In this document: positions 40,310 through 50,138 of the stretch, one piece after another
How positions within the stretch are numbered: position 1 is the stretch's first letter
Layout of the letters: every line of letters starts with the position of its first letter
NCBI GenBank assembly: GCA_963841435.1
Contig: CAWJCS010000003.1
Span: forward strand, 256,001 to 320,000
DNA length: 64,000 nucleotides
Source of the DNA: an uncultured delta proteobacterium
GTDB lineage: Bacteria > Myxococcota_A > Polyangia > Polyangiales > Polyangiaceae
Direction: 5' to 3'
Notes under the pieces: generated by a model
The model's database searches: none
What the model was told of the DNA's origin: nothing
The model's input: the letters and a program-made list of their open reading frames with translations, nothing else
Made by a program: the position numbers and the translations under genes

Positions 40310-41950
40310 TCACGGGAAGGGGAAACAGGGGAAGTCGCCCACCAGGTGGCCCTCGCCATCCAGTCTCAGCACGTCCGCGTGGTCGACGCTGGCCGAGTCG
40401 ATGCAGAACACCGTACCCGGTGAAACCCTGGCGCCGGTGTCCGGGTCGAAGTCCGGCGGGCCCATGGTCCCGTTCAACGTGATGCTGCTGTTGGGAGTCT
40501 GCAGTGCCACATAGGCCCCGGGTAGATCATCGGGTCCAACGTCGAACTCCAATCGCCCCGCGAGTAGCCGCCGCATGCCCTGCGCGAGGTCAGCCCCAAT
40601 CAACGGCGAAACGGGCCCAGCTGCAGCGGCGGCGTAGATTAGGTGGTAGGCGGCGTCGTAGTAGTTCTCGTAGCCTTGCATTCCCGCGGAGGCCGGATAG
40701 GCCGCATCGAAACGGGCCAGGTAGGCGTCGTAGAGCGCCGGGTCGGCGGCGGCGGCGTAGTTCACGCCGATCATGCGGGTCTTGACGTTGCAGCTCGGTG
40801 TGACCTCTGCGTCGCACTGCATTGGAGCGCGGGCGAGCGTCGTATCGATGAAGTAGTTGTAGTTTCCCAGCGACAGGAGGTAGGTGGGCGGGTGCGTCGA
40901 CATGGAGGACTCGAGCGCAGGGATGAAAACGTCGAAAAATTCGCTGGCTGCCGCGCTGATCACCACGTGTGGCGCGAAGTCGCGAAGACCCTGAATCGCC
41001 TCGGAGTAGTCCGGAGCCTTCGTCGCGGGCGCGGCAGACGAGATCGAGAAAGCACGAAAATAGTCCGGTGCGTTGTCCTGGGCGGATTTCCCGTTGAACT
41101 CGATGACGCTGGTGACGGCTGTGGCCAATTCGGCGAGCACGACGTAGTCGTCGGCCCTCACCAGCGCGACCCGGACCTTCTCGTTGTCTCCGAGCGCTCC
41201 CGTGTTGTGCAGGTGCTCGATGGTGAGGTCGAGCAGGGGTGCATAGGTGGGTGCGAGCGCTGCTCCGCCCGGGAGCTCGGCCCAGATCAGCCCATCGTCC
41301 GTCAGGTCGGCCACCGCTTGCTCCGAGCCGAGCGCGCTCATGAAGAAGACGTGGCGACGGTGCCCAGCGCGTTCGAAAGCATGCAGGAGGTTGACCGTGT
41401 CCAGCATGGAGAGGATGCCGGGAACCCCGAGGTCGTCGATCAAATGATCGACGGCGGCATCGAAGAGCTCGGGGGCCTCATAGTGATTTTTGCACACCAC
41501 CGCCAAGATCGGACGCCGCTTGCCATTGGCGCCGGGTAGCCCTCCCACGGCGCGCGTGACTTCGGTGAACGCCAGGTCGATGTTGCGCGCTCGGTCGCTG
41601 TAAAGCGACGCCGGCACGTCCGAGAAAACGCCGAAGATCACGGGGTCGGGGTCGCTGCTTCGCAAGTTCTTCAGCCAGTTCGATCCGGTCTGCGGCAAAA
41701 GGAGAGGGCAATCCGGCGTCAGGAGCTTCACGCAGCTACCACTGACACACGCGGACGGGTCGTATTCGCCGGTCTCCGCGAGGCACTCCGCGTTCGTCGT
41801 GCACGCGGGATAGGCGTCATTCCCGACATTGCCGGTCGCCTCCGGGCGAGGCGTGGCCTCCTCGATGCCGAGAATCGAGTTGCACGCGGACAAGGCCCAG
41901 AGGAGCGCGAAGCGTGGCACGCAACGCTTGCCTCGCTCAGAACCGAACAT
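40310..41950 (-). CDS. Lipoprotein with type I periplasmic-binding-protein-like domain
   Basis: LSACNSILGI lipobox, Cys-rich segment, GGLPG....RP...VVC, YYDAAY, LNGTMGPPDFD..TG. Confidence 0.7.
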   Translation of the reverse strand: MFGSERGKRCVPRFALLWALSACNSILGIEEATPRPEATGNVGNDAYPACTTNAECLAETGEYDPSACVSGSCVKLLTPDCPLLLPQTGSNWLKNLRSSDPDPVIFGVFSDVPASLYSDRARNIDLAFTEVTRAVGGLPGANGKRRPILAVVCKNHYEAPELFDAAVDHLIDDLGVPGILSMLDTVNLLHAFERAGHRRHVFFMSALGSEQAVADLTDDGLIWAELPGGAALAPTYAPLLDLTIEHLHNTGALGDNEKVRVALVRADDYVVLAELATAVTSVIEFNGKSAQDNAPDYFRAFSISSAAPATKAPDYSEAIQGLRDFAPHVVISAAASEFFDVFIPALESSMSTHPPTYLLSLGNYNYFIDTTLARAPMQCDAEVTPSCNVKTRMIGVNYAAAADPALYDAYLARFDAAYPASAGMQGYENYYDAAYHLIYAAAAAGPVSPLIGADLAQGMRRLLAGRLEFDVGPDDLPGAYVALQTPNSSITLNGTMGPPDFDPDTGARVSPGTVFCIDSASVDHADVLRLDGEGHLVGDFPCFPFP

Positions 41951-42968
41951 GGAGTGTCACCTCGGGGAAGCGGCCTCGATCGCGACCGGTGGTGACGCTG
42001 AGCGCCGCTGACTGCTTCGTGCGCGACTCCGAACTTTCGATCAAGTACAGAGTCAGCCCGGCGCCGAGAGCCACGGCGCCTCCGAGGAGGCAACCCGTGG
42101 CCCAGTTGCCGTCACGAAGGGCTGCGGCGCGCAGCCTCAGGCCCTCCGCATCGCAACCGCTGTCGTCGCAATGGTCGTCGCGCTTCGAGGCTCGGTTCAG
42201 GCGGTTGGCCTCTAGGCTAAAAATGGCGCCCGCCACCAGCGCCGCGCCGCCCACGCCCGAAAGGCTCAGGCCCACCACACCCCGAGTCGAGACCCCCGTC
42301 GGCGTTTCGCTCTTCCAGGACGAACGCGAATCAGCTCGGGTCGGCACCGGGGAGGAAGATGTCGGCGGCGCGGGTCGTGCGTTCACGGCGCCGTTCGCCG
42401 AGAGCGGTTCCAGCTCGAGGCGTGCGTGAATCTCCCCGCCGGCCACCACGTTGACGTTGGCGATGCTGGGCTTGCTGTCCGCTCGCGTCGCAACCAGCAC
42501 GTGTCGTCCTGCGGCCAGGCGCAGGCTGCCCGACAGCGTGAGGTCGGCGGGCGAACCGTTGACCTCGAGGCGCGCGTCGGGGGGAACGAGCTCTACGACG
42601 AGCGTTCCGATACGTCGCGCGTTGAAGTCGATCAGCGCCTCGACCTCCGCGACCCGGGTCGCATCCGTCGGTAGCGGCTCCGTCAACAGGTAGAGGCGCA
42701 AGGCACGTTCCGCTTCCACCGGTAGCCCCAGCGCGCTGTAGGTTTGCCCGAGATTATAAAGGACGATCGGGTTGGGGCTCAGTGCCTGGGCCGCTTCGAA
42801 ATGTTCTGCGGCCTCGGAGAGCTCGCCGCGTTGCACGGCGTCGATACCCTCCTGAAATTGCGTGCGGGCGCGTTCCTCGGCGCTCGGCTCTTCGGCGCCC
42901 GCGGTCGCACCGGTGGCAAAGAAAAGGAGCGCGAGACCGAGAATTCGAAAGCGTTGCCTAGCGCGCAT
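41937..42968 (-). CDS. TPR + PEGA domain exported protein
   Basis: Signal peptide, ARTQFQEG...VLYNLGQ TPR, PEGA-like beta segment, C-terminal hydrophobic helices, terminal Phe. Confidence 0.8.
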   Translation of the reverse strand: MRARQRFRILGLALLFFATGATAGAEEPSAEERARTQFQEGIDAVQRGELSEAAEHFEAAQALSPNPIVLYNLGQTYSALGLPVEAERALRLYLLTEPLPTDATRVAEVEALIDFNARRIGTLVVELVPPDARLEVNGSPADLTLSGSLRLAAGRHVLVATRADSKPSIANVNVVAGGEIHARLELEPLSANGAVNARPAPPTSSSPVPTRADSRSSWKSETPTGVSTRGVVGLSLSGVGGAALVAGAIFSLEANRLNRASKRDDHCDDSGCDAEGLRLRAAALRDGNWATGCLLGGAVALGAGLTLYLIESSESRTKQSAALSVTTGRDRGRFPEVTLHVRF

Positions 42969-44343
42969 ACGGGTTTTGGAGCTCGAAACGGATGTTCGGA
43001 AGCGGCGCCGCGGAGGATCCTGGCGCGCTCGCAGGCCCCGTGCGCGTGCCCGAGGGAACGACGCGCGGGCTTGCCACGGGCACCTCGACGGACCTGCTCG
43101 TGGGGCTCGCTGGTCGGGCGAGTTTCGCGGGAACCTTGGCGCTAAGCTCGTGGCCAGGGAGCGGTGACGGTTCCGGAGCGTGCGATTCCGTCGCGCGCGC
43201 GCGCGCGGCCGCAGGCGGTGCGGCGGGTCCAGGCGGAGGCTCTGCCGCGGCCCCGTCGTCGGTCACCCGCGGGGTGTGGGAGACGGCTCCTTTCAGCATC
43301 GAGAGGGCGAGCGCGGCCACGGCGATCGCTGCCGCCGCGAGGCTCAATTGCACCCTGCGCCGGCTCCGCAAGCGGGAGTGAGGCACCGATGCGGGAAACC
43401 CTTCGCGTAACGTCGGACCGAGAGCAGCGTCAGCAGAAGGGCTCGAGAGTCGCAACGCGTCGGCGAACTCGAGGGCACTCGCGAACCGGCTCGACGGATT
43501 GCGGGCCAGAGCGCGCTGGATGGTCTCATCGAGCTGGCCGGTCACGTCCGGCCGCAGCGTGGGGACGGGCACGGGTGTCGCGGTCAGGATCTTGAACAGG
43601 AGGCGCTCGACCGAATCGGCTTCGTGCGGCGGGCGGCCGGTCAGAAGCTCGTACAAAATCGCGCCGAGCGAGTACACGTCGGCGCGCGCGGTCACCGTGC
43701 CCGCACTCTCGACCTGCTCGGGAGCCATGTACGCGACGGTACCGATCAACGCGCCGGCCTCCGTGGTGGCGACGCTCCCGCCGCCCCCCTTCGAGACCCC
43801 GAAGTCCAGCAGCTTGCACAGCTCCTCGCCGCTGTCGCGACGGGTGATGAACAGATTCTCGGGCTTGAGATCGCGGTGCACCAACCCGGCCGCGTGTGCC
43901 ACCCCGAGACCGACGCAAGCATCGCAGACGATCTTCACGGCGCGTGCCACGGAAAACTCGCCGCTACTTCGCAGGAGTCCCCGCAGATCCCGTCCGTGGA
44001 GGAGCTCCATCACGTAAAACGGATCCTCCTGCTCGTCGCCGCTCACGTCCACGACGCGCACGATGTGGTCGCTGCTCAGGCGCGCGAGCAGGCGGGCTTC
44101 GCGGAGGAAGCGCCGAACCGCGGCGTCTCGGTCGTCGCGACCCGGGCGCAGGATTTTGGCGGCGAAGCGCGAGCCCAGCCGCACGTGCTCCACCTCGTAC
44201 ACGTCGCCCATACCGCCGGACCCGATCTTGCGGACGCGCCGATACGTCGCCCCGAGGTAGTCACCGAGCCCCTGGGGTGCCGACTGGCTCGGAGGGTCCA
44301 CTGCTCGGGCCGGGGTCTCGCGAGTCGAGCGCGCCTGGCTCAC
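42958..44343 (-). CDS. Ser/Thr protein kinase with TM segment
   Basis: IGSGGMGDVY, AAK, HRDLKPEN, DFG, YMAPE, DVYSLG; terminal NPY motif. Confidence 0.95.
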   Translation of the reverse strand: MSQARSTRETPARAVDPPSQSAPQGLGDYLGATYRRVRKIGSGGMGDVYEVEHVRLGSRFAAKILRPGRDDRDAAVRRFLREARLLARLSSDHIVRVVDVSGDEQEDPFYVMELLHGRDLRGLLRSSGEFSVARAVKIVCDACVGLGVAHAAGLVHRDLKPENLFITRRDSGEELCKLLDFGVSKGGGGSVATTEAGALIGTVAYMAPEQVESAGTVTARADVYSLGAILYELLTGRPPHEADSVERLLFKILTATPVPVPTLRPDVTGQLDETIQRALARNPSSRFASALEFADALRLSSPSADAALGPTLREGFPASVPHSRLRSRRRVQLSLAAAAIAVAALALSMLKGAVSHTPRVTDDGAAAEPPPGPAAPPAAARARATESHAPEPSPLPGHELSAKVPAKLARPASPTSRSVEVPVASPRVVPSGTRTGPASAPGSSAAPLPNIRFELQNPYAR

Positions 44344-45400
44344 GGCACATCCCCGCCGCCCGGCTCCGATCCCGGCGTGCGCTGCCGGGCGGCCCCCGGC
44401 GATTCGAGTAGTCGATAGGCGCGCCGGCGCGAGATGCCGATGGCCTCCGCCGCGGCTTTGAGGTTGCCGCCGTTCCCTTCGAGCACCTGCTGTAGGCGGT
44501 GAAGGTCGCTCGCACGCCGGTCGGAAAATCCGAGCGTCACGGGCGGTGCCGATGAGGAACCCTCGGGTCCCCCTTCCGCGAGCGCCTGAGCGAAGCTGAC
44601 GCGGAGCAGCGGCTCCGCGGGGTGGAGAGCGAGCAGCTTTCGCACCGTTAGCTCGAGCTCACGCACGTTACCGGGCCAGTCGCGCAAACAAAACCACTCG
44701 ACCAGCGCCGGTGCGACGCGAGGGACCACCCCCGTCGAGTGTTTCTCGAGCAGGTGCAGCAGGAATCCAGGGATCTCCTCGCGTCGCCGTCGCAGCGGAG
44801 GCACGTCGACCACGAAGCCTGCGAGGCGTGCACACAGGTCTGCTCGGAATCGCTTCTGCTCCACGAGGATATCGAGTCGCTCGTGCGACGCCGCGACGAT
44901 GCGAACGTCCGCCGGCGTCGAGGCGGTTCCGCCGAGGGGAACGACCTCACCCTCCTCGACGGCGCGCAGCAGCTTCGCCTGAACGTCGAGGGATAGGTCC
45001 GAGATCTCGTCGAGGAACAGCGTGCCGCCGTGCGCAGCCTGGAAGTGCCCCCCGCGCGCTCGCTCGGCGCCGGTGAACGCACCGCGCTGGTGACCAAACA
45101 GCTCGGCTTCGGCGAGCGGAGCAGGGACGGTCGAGCAGTTGATCGCGTTGAACCGCCCGCTGCGCCCGCTAAGGTGGTGGATCGCGCGCGCGATGCGCTC
45201 TTTACCCGTGCCGGTTTCACCGACGATGACGATCGGTACGTTGCTCAGCGCCGACGCCCTGGCTTTCTCGATCGCACGGGCCAGCGTGGGGCCTCCCCAA
45301 AGCCCGGGAGCCAGGCTTCCGAACTCCCGGCTCACTACTTCTGCCACGATGCATATTGGGCTTGGATAGCCTGCGCAAGCTCGCCCCACGACTGAGCCTT
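44340..45400 (-). CDS. Sigma54-dependent AAA+ activator (Fis HTH), N-terminal domain largely missing
   Basis: GETGTGKE, ELFGH..GAFTGA, LFLDEI, WPGNVREL, C-terminal HTH. Only SVVGR of a possible FHA domain remains; start not defined. Confidence 0.8.
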
Positions 45401-45454
45401 CGTGCGGGTGGCTGCCGCCAGAAGAACGCCATGCCCGCCCGGGCGCCCGTGCCG

Positions 45455-47105
45455 TCAGCGGCGGCGGCTGCGGAGGTCCACGGCGATGGCGGTGGCGTCG
45501 AGCGGGCCCACCTCTTGTGTCGAGCGCAGCCTCGGTCCGTATTCCTCCCACCAGCGGCCGGCGTCGCTCGGTGACCACGAGCCGTAGTCCGCGCACGCCT
45601 CGAGGGCGCGACACAGCGCCGCGGCCGAAGGTGGGCGGGACTCCACACTCTTCGCGAGGAGTTTCAGCACCAGCGCTTCGAGGTCGCCTGGAACCGGTGC
45701 GCCAAGACGCTTGGAGGGCGGCTCCGGCTCCGCCTTGAGGTGAAGCGCAAGGACCTGGACCAAAGACTCGGCGATGAACACGTGCTGACCCGTCAGGAGG
45801 TAGTAGGCGACGCAACCGAGGGCGTAGAGATCACGCGCCGGACCTTCCTTGCCATGACCGAGGATGGCCTCGGGGGCGACGAACTGCGGGGTGCCGACCA
45901 ACGCATTGTCGGCGGTTTGGTTCGGATCGTCCGTGTCCTCGACGGTCTTGACGAGTCCGAAGTCGACCACTTTTGCCAGGTCCGCGATGCCGCCCTGCTG
46001 CGTGAGCATGATGTTCGCGGGCTTGATGTCCCGGTGGATCAGGCCAAGGCCGTGAGCCTCCGTGAGAGCGCCGGCCACCTGGTAGAGGATGTGAATCGCG
46101 CGTGCGGCAGGCATTGGGCCCGAGAGCTCGATGACCTTGTCCAGGCTTCCCCCGTTCAATAGCTCCATGGCGTAGTAGAGGAGCCCATCCGCGGTGCGGC
46201 CGTAGTCGAAGATGGTGACGGTGTTCGGGTGGGCGAGTCGTGCGGTGGCTTGCACTTCGCGCTCGAACCGGGCGAGACCAAGCTCGCCGACCTTCTCGGG
46301 CAGGAAGACCTTGACGGCGGTCGGGCGGCGCAACATCGCATGGCTCGCAACGTAGACGACCGCCATGTTGCCTTCGCCGAGCTTTCGCTCGAGCGTGTAT
46401 TGGCCGAGCCGGCTGGCTTCTCGGAACGTCTCGACGCAGTCCGTAGATCACGGCCGACGCCGTGGCGGCCGTGGTGGAGATGACGAGCCACCAGGTCACG
46501 ACGCTCGCCATCCCGATGGCGATCATGCTGGCCGCCGTGCGCTGAACGCTCCCGGGCGCCGCCGCGGAAGCCGCGACGAGGCGCGGATCCATGGGATTTA
46601 GGATGTTAAAGGACGCGACGACCAAAGGAACGGCGAACGCGGTTGCCAAGAGGGCGGTGCGGCGCCAGGTGCTGGGCACGTGGACGGCGTGTGCCAGCAA
46701 GAAGACTGCGAACGCCAAGAGCAGCGTCATCTCCGGGCGGAACGCCTGCGGGATCTGGGTCACCGTGACGCCGTACAGGCCGCAGATGGTCGTCAGCCCG
46801 AAAAGCTCGATCGCATACACCGAGCTCGCAACCGGATTCGTAAAACGGCACGCAAGCCACATCGAAAGGGTGACCGCGACACCGCCGTAGTGGGCGAGCA
46901 TGGAGGTCGAGGTCAGGTATCCCTCACTGCCGACGACCAGCACCGTGACGATACGCATCACCAAGAAAGTGACCCCGATGAGCGCCACGACCAGCGCCAC
47001 ATTCCCGACCCGCTGCCGGAGCAGCTGGCTATCGACGGTGTCCAGTGGCGTGGTGGTCGAGAGGCGCGCCGCCATGACGGAGAGCGTAGACCACGTCGAG
47101 CGCAT
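45455..47105 (-). pseudogene. Multi-TM membrane Ser/Thr kinase, one-base frameshift at ~46425
   Basis: TM region ...IYGLRRDV | REASRLGQYTLERKLGEG...AVK, HRDIKPAN, DFG, FVAPE. The indel could be a sequencing error. Confidence 0.8.
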
Positions 47106-47207
47106 GGCTCCAAAAACACGCGGAACGCCGAGAATACCCCGGCGGCCTGCGCGTCGTCGGACCGCCGTGAGTTTGCGTCGTAGACGCCGTTCGGCCGTGC
47201 GCGAGCG

Positions 47208-48693
47208 CTACATTCCCGACGGTGCGTATCCGCGCCACGCCCAGACGAGCGCATCGGCGAGGGTGTTGTTTTGGACGCCACCGTCGCAGTGACCGACGCC
47301 CTGGCCAAACACGAACTTGTAGTGGTAGCTCTTCGCCTTGAGCGCGGCCGCCGTGCGCTGATTGGCCATGACCCAGTTGTGGTGCGTCAACTCCGCGTCG
47401 GTGGAACGGAGGTCGTTCTCGTTCACGTTCAAGAAGACGCGGATCTGCTTCTCCTTCATCGTGGCATCGTTCTTGATGAGCTCGAGGCTCGAGTGGTACT
47501 CCCAAGCCCCGAGCGGATACAGCTGGGCCTCGGGCGCAGCCGGATCCTGCTGGGCGACCAGGGTCGTGGAGTAGGCGATGACGCGACTGAAGAGATCGGG
47601 CCGAAACCAAGCCATCGTGAAGGCTGCCGCGCCGCCCGAGCTGCAGCCGAGCGTCGCTCTGCCGCTCGGATCCTTCGTGAACTTCAGGTTCGGATACGCC
47701 GCCTTGACCGCTGCGTTGGCCTGGACCGCCGGCATGACCTCCGAATCGATGAAGCGAGCGTAGCGATCCGACAGCGTGTCGTACTCGAGGCCTCGTTCGC
47801 TCCCAATCGCGTCGTTGCCCCCGTTTTGCACGGCGATGGCGATGAAGGGCGGGAGCTTTCGGGCGGGATCTTGCGAGATCGTCAGGTTGTCGAGGGCGTT
47901 CTTGACCTGCCCGAGCTCTCCCGGTCCATCTTGGATGATGAGAACGGGGGCGGGATCGCCGTCCATGTACTGTGCCGGCACGTAGACCGAGATGGAGCGC
48001 GTCGCGCTCACTTTGGCGGGGTCGAGCGTGGGGTCCTTCCCGTCGAAGATCGTGCTGTTGGCGAGCGACATCGAAAAGCTGAAGCTCTTCCCCTGGGGGT
48101 TCTGGTGACTCGTCAGGTCCGATTGAGTCGGGTAGCTCGGCCCCACCATGGAGTCGCCGTCGCCATCGCTCCCGGGGTCGGGAAGCGGAGCAATACCGCC
48201 TGCGCCGCTCATCCCGGCCGAGCCTGCGAGCGCGCCGGCGCCGCCGCTCCCCGCCCCGGCCCCCGCGTCGCCGGCGCTGCCACCGGACGGGCTACCACCA
48301 ACGCCGCCGGTTGCTCCGCCCGACGAGATCGAGCCCGCGGCCCCGCCCAGCGTGCCCCCGCTGCCGCCGCCGGCGCTTCCTCCCGCCGCCATCGAGCCCG
48401 CGGCCCCGCCGCCGCCCGTGGTGCCGCCCGTCGAACACCGAGCCCGCTGCGCCGCTCGTCGCGCCGGATTGTCCACCCACACCCCCGGGCATCCCGCCAC
48501 TCGTGCCACCGGATCCGCCGCCGCTCACCCCACCCGAGCCGGACAGCCCGAAGGCTCCGGCGTCGCCGCCTGACGCGTCTGCCACGGGGCCCGCGGGCCC
48601 GTTGTCGGAAGAACAAGCGCACGCGAGTAGCACCGTGGCCACCAGTGGGACGGCGCGAAAAGCAACCCCCCGTCTCGACGAGAGTGGGTTCAT
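47208..48693 (-). pseudogene. Enterochelin-esterase-like (CE1) lipoprotein, frameshift in linker ~48435
   Basis: MNPLSSRR...LLACAC signal in one frame; ISVYVPAQY, QDG, RGLEYD, GCSSGG, GVGHC in another. The indel could be a sequencing error. Confidence 0.8.
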
Positions 48694-48737
48694 CCTGGCG
48701 GCCTCGGAATCATTCGGGGTGGATGCCTTCGAAGCTT

Positions 48738-50138
48738 TCAGCTCAGTCCCGAAAGCGTGCCTTTGAACTGAGTGGCCCCGAAGGTGTCGGTCGGTGAACC
48801 GAACATCGTCATGAGCGAGGAAAAGAGCTGGTTGGTCGTCGGCGAGTTGCTGTACTGGACACTGCGCCCGGTGCGGATGGCGCCGTTGCCTTGACCAGCG
48901 ATGATCCAGCCGAGGCCGCGACGGTTGTGGATGTCGCCGTCGGAGAGCTCGTTCGCCCACAGCACCACCGAGCTGTCGAGCAGCGGGCCATCGGCGTCGG
49001 ACTGTGACTTCAGCGCATCCAAGAGGTAGCTGAATCGCTCGGAGTACCAAGTGTCGATCTTGATGAGATCGTTTCGGTTCCCCGTCGCGTCGTGCGACAT
49101 CAAGTGGTGCTCGCCCGCGACGTTCAGCCACTTGAAAAAGACGGTACTTTCCGCTGTCGACCACTGGAGCGTCACGACGCGCGTCAGGTCGCACGCAAGC
49201 GACAACACCAGCAGGTCCATCTGTGCTTTGCCCAGCGTCTCGAAGTCACCGTAGCACTTGCCGGGGCGCCCATCCTGCACGCAATCGACCGGGTCCAGAT
49301 TGACCGAGGGCGGCGCCGTCGGAACCTGGCAGGCGAGGCCCCCCGTGAGCTTGTCGAGCGAGTCCTCGAGCTCGCGCACGGTGGTCGCGTGGCGGTCGAG
49401 CTTTTGCCGGTCCTCGACCCCGACTTTCGCGCCCAGCCGGTTGAAGTCACGCAGGACGAAATCGAGCACGCTCCTGCGTTGCTGCTTCAGTGCGTCGATG
49501 GCCCCGGTTGACGAACCGGCATCCATGAACAACCGGGTGAACACCTTCTGGGGGTCGTCCTCGGGAGGCACCGATTTGGCATTGCCGGGAGTACCCCGGT
49601 AACACATCCTGACGACCATCGGCTCGAGGATGGTCGTGGTGGACTGCACGCCGAGCTCGAGTGACGAGAGACGCGTCTCGCCGCCGATGACGCGCGCGAT
49701 CTCCTGGTCGATCGACGGGCCGGCCGCGGTACCGTCGAGCACGTGCCCCGCGCGCCCCGTGCCACTCGGGCCGACCAACAGCTTGTTCGCAGTCAGCATC
49801 GTGGTCATCGAGGTGTCGTGCGCGTTCGGGTCGTACAGGTACGAGGCCTCGTTGTTGAGCCCGCGCATGATCAGAAGGTCGCTCTTGTGTGCCTCCAGTG
49901 GCTGGAGGATCGGCGACAACGTGAAGTCGGTCTCGGTCCCCGTGGGCTGCCACTGGTCCTTGATCATGCCGTTCGCGCTGAAGAACACCACGAACCGTTT
50001 GGGCGCGGTCGCCGCTTTGGCGACGCGCGGGCGCATCGCATCGAGGAACGGCAGCGCCAGGGCAACACCCGCGCCGCGCAGCACCGTGCGGCGCGAGAGC
50101 GGCTTTTTGGGAATGCAGAAGACGGGTTGCTTCGTCAT
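48738..50138 (-). CDS. DUF1552 domain protein (Tat-exported)
   Basis: LSRRTVLRGAGVALALPFLDAM, PKRFVVFF.ANG, SIDQEIA, LACDLTRV, HHLMSH, LLDSSVV. ATGA-coupled start. Confidence 0.9.
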   Translation of the reverse strand: MTKQPVFCIPKKPLSRRTVLRGAGVALALPFLDAMRPRVAKAATAPKRFVVFFSANGMIKDQWQPTGTETDFTLSPILQPLEAHKSDLLIMRGLNNEASYLYDPNAHDTSMTTMLTANKLLVGPSGTGRAGHVLDGTAAGPSIDQEIARVIGGETRLSSLELGVQSTTTILEPMVVRMCYRGTPGNAKSVPPEDDPQKVFTRLFMDAGSSTGAIDALKQQRRSVLDFVLRDFNRLGAKVGVEDRQKLDRHATTVRELEDSLDKLTGGLACQVPTAPPSVNLDPVDCVQDGRPGKCYGDFETLGKAQMDLLVLSLACDLTRVVTLQWSTAESTVFFKWLNVAGEHHLMSHDATGNRNDLIKIDTWYSERFSYLLDALKSQSDADGPLLDSSVVLWANELSDGDIHNRRGLGWIIAGQGNGAIRTGRSVQYSNSPTTNQLFSSLMTMFGSPTDTFGATQFKGTLSGLS

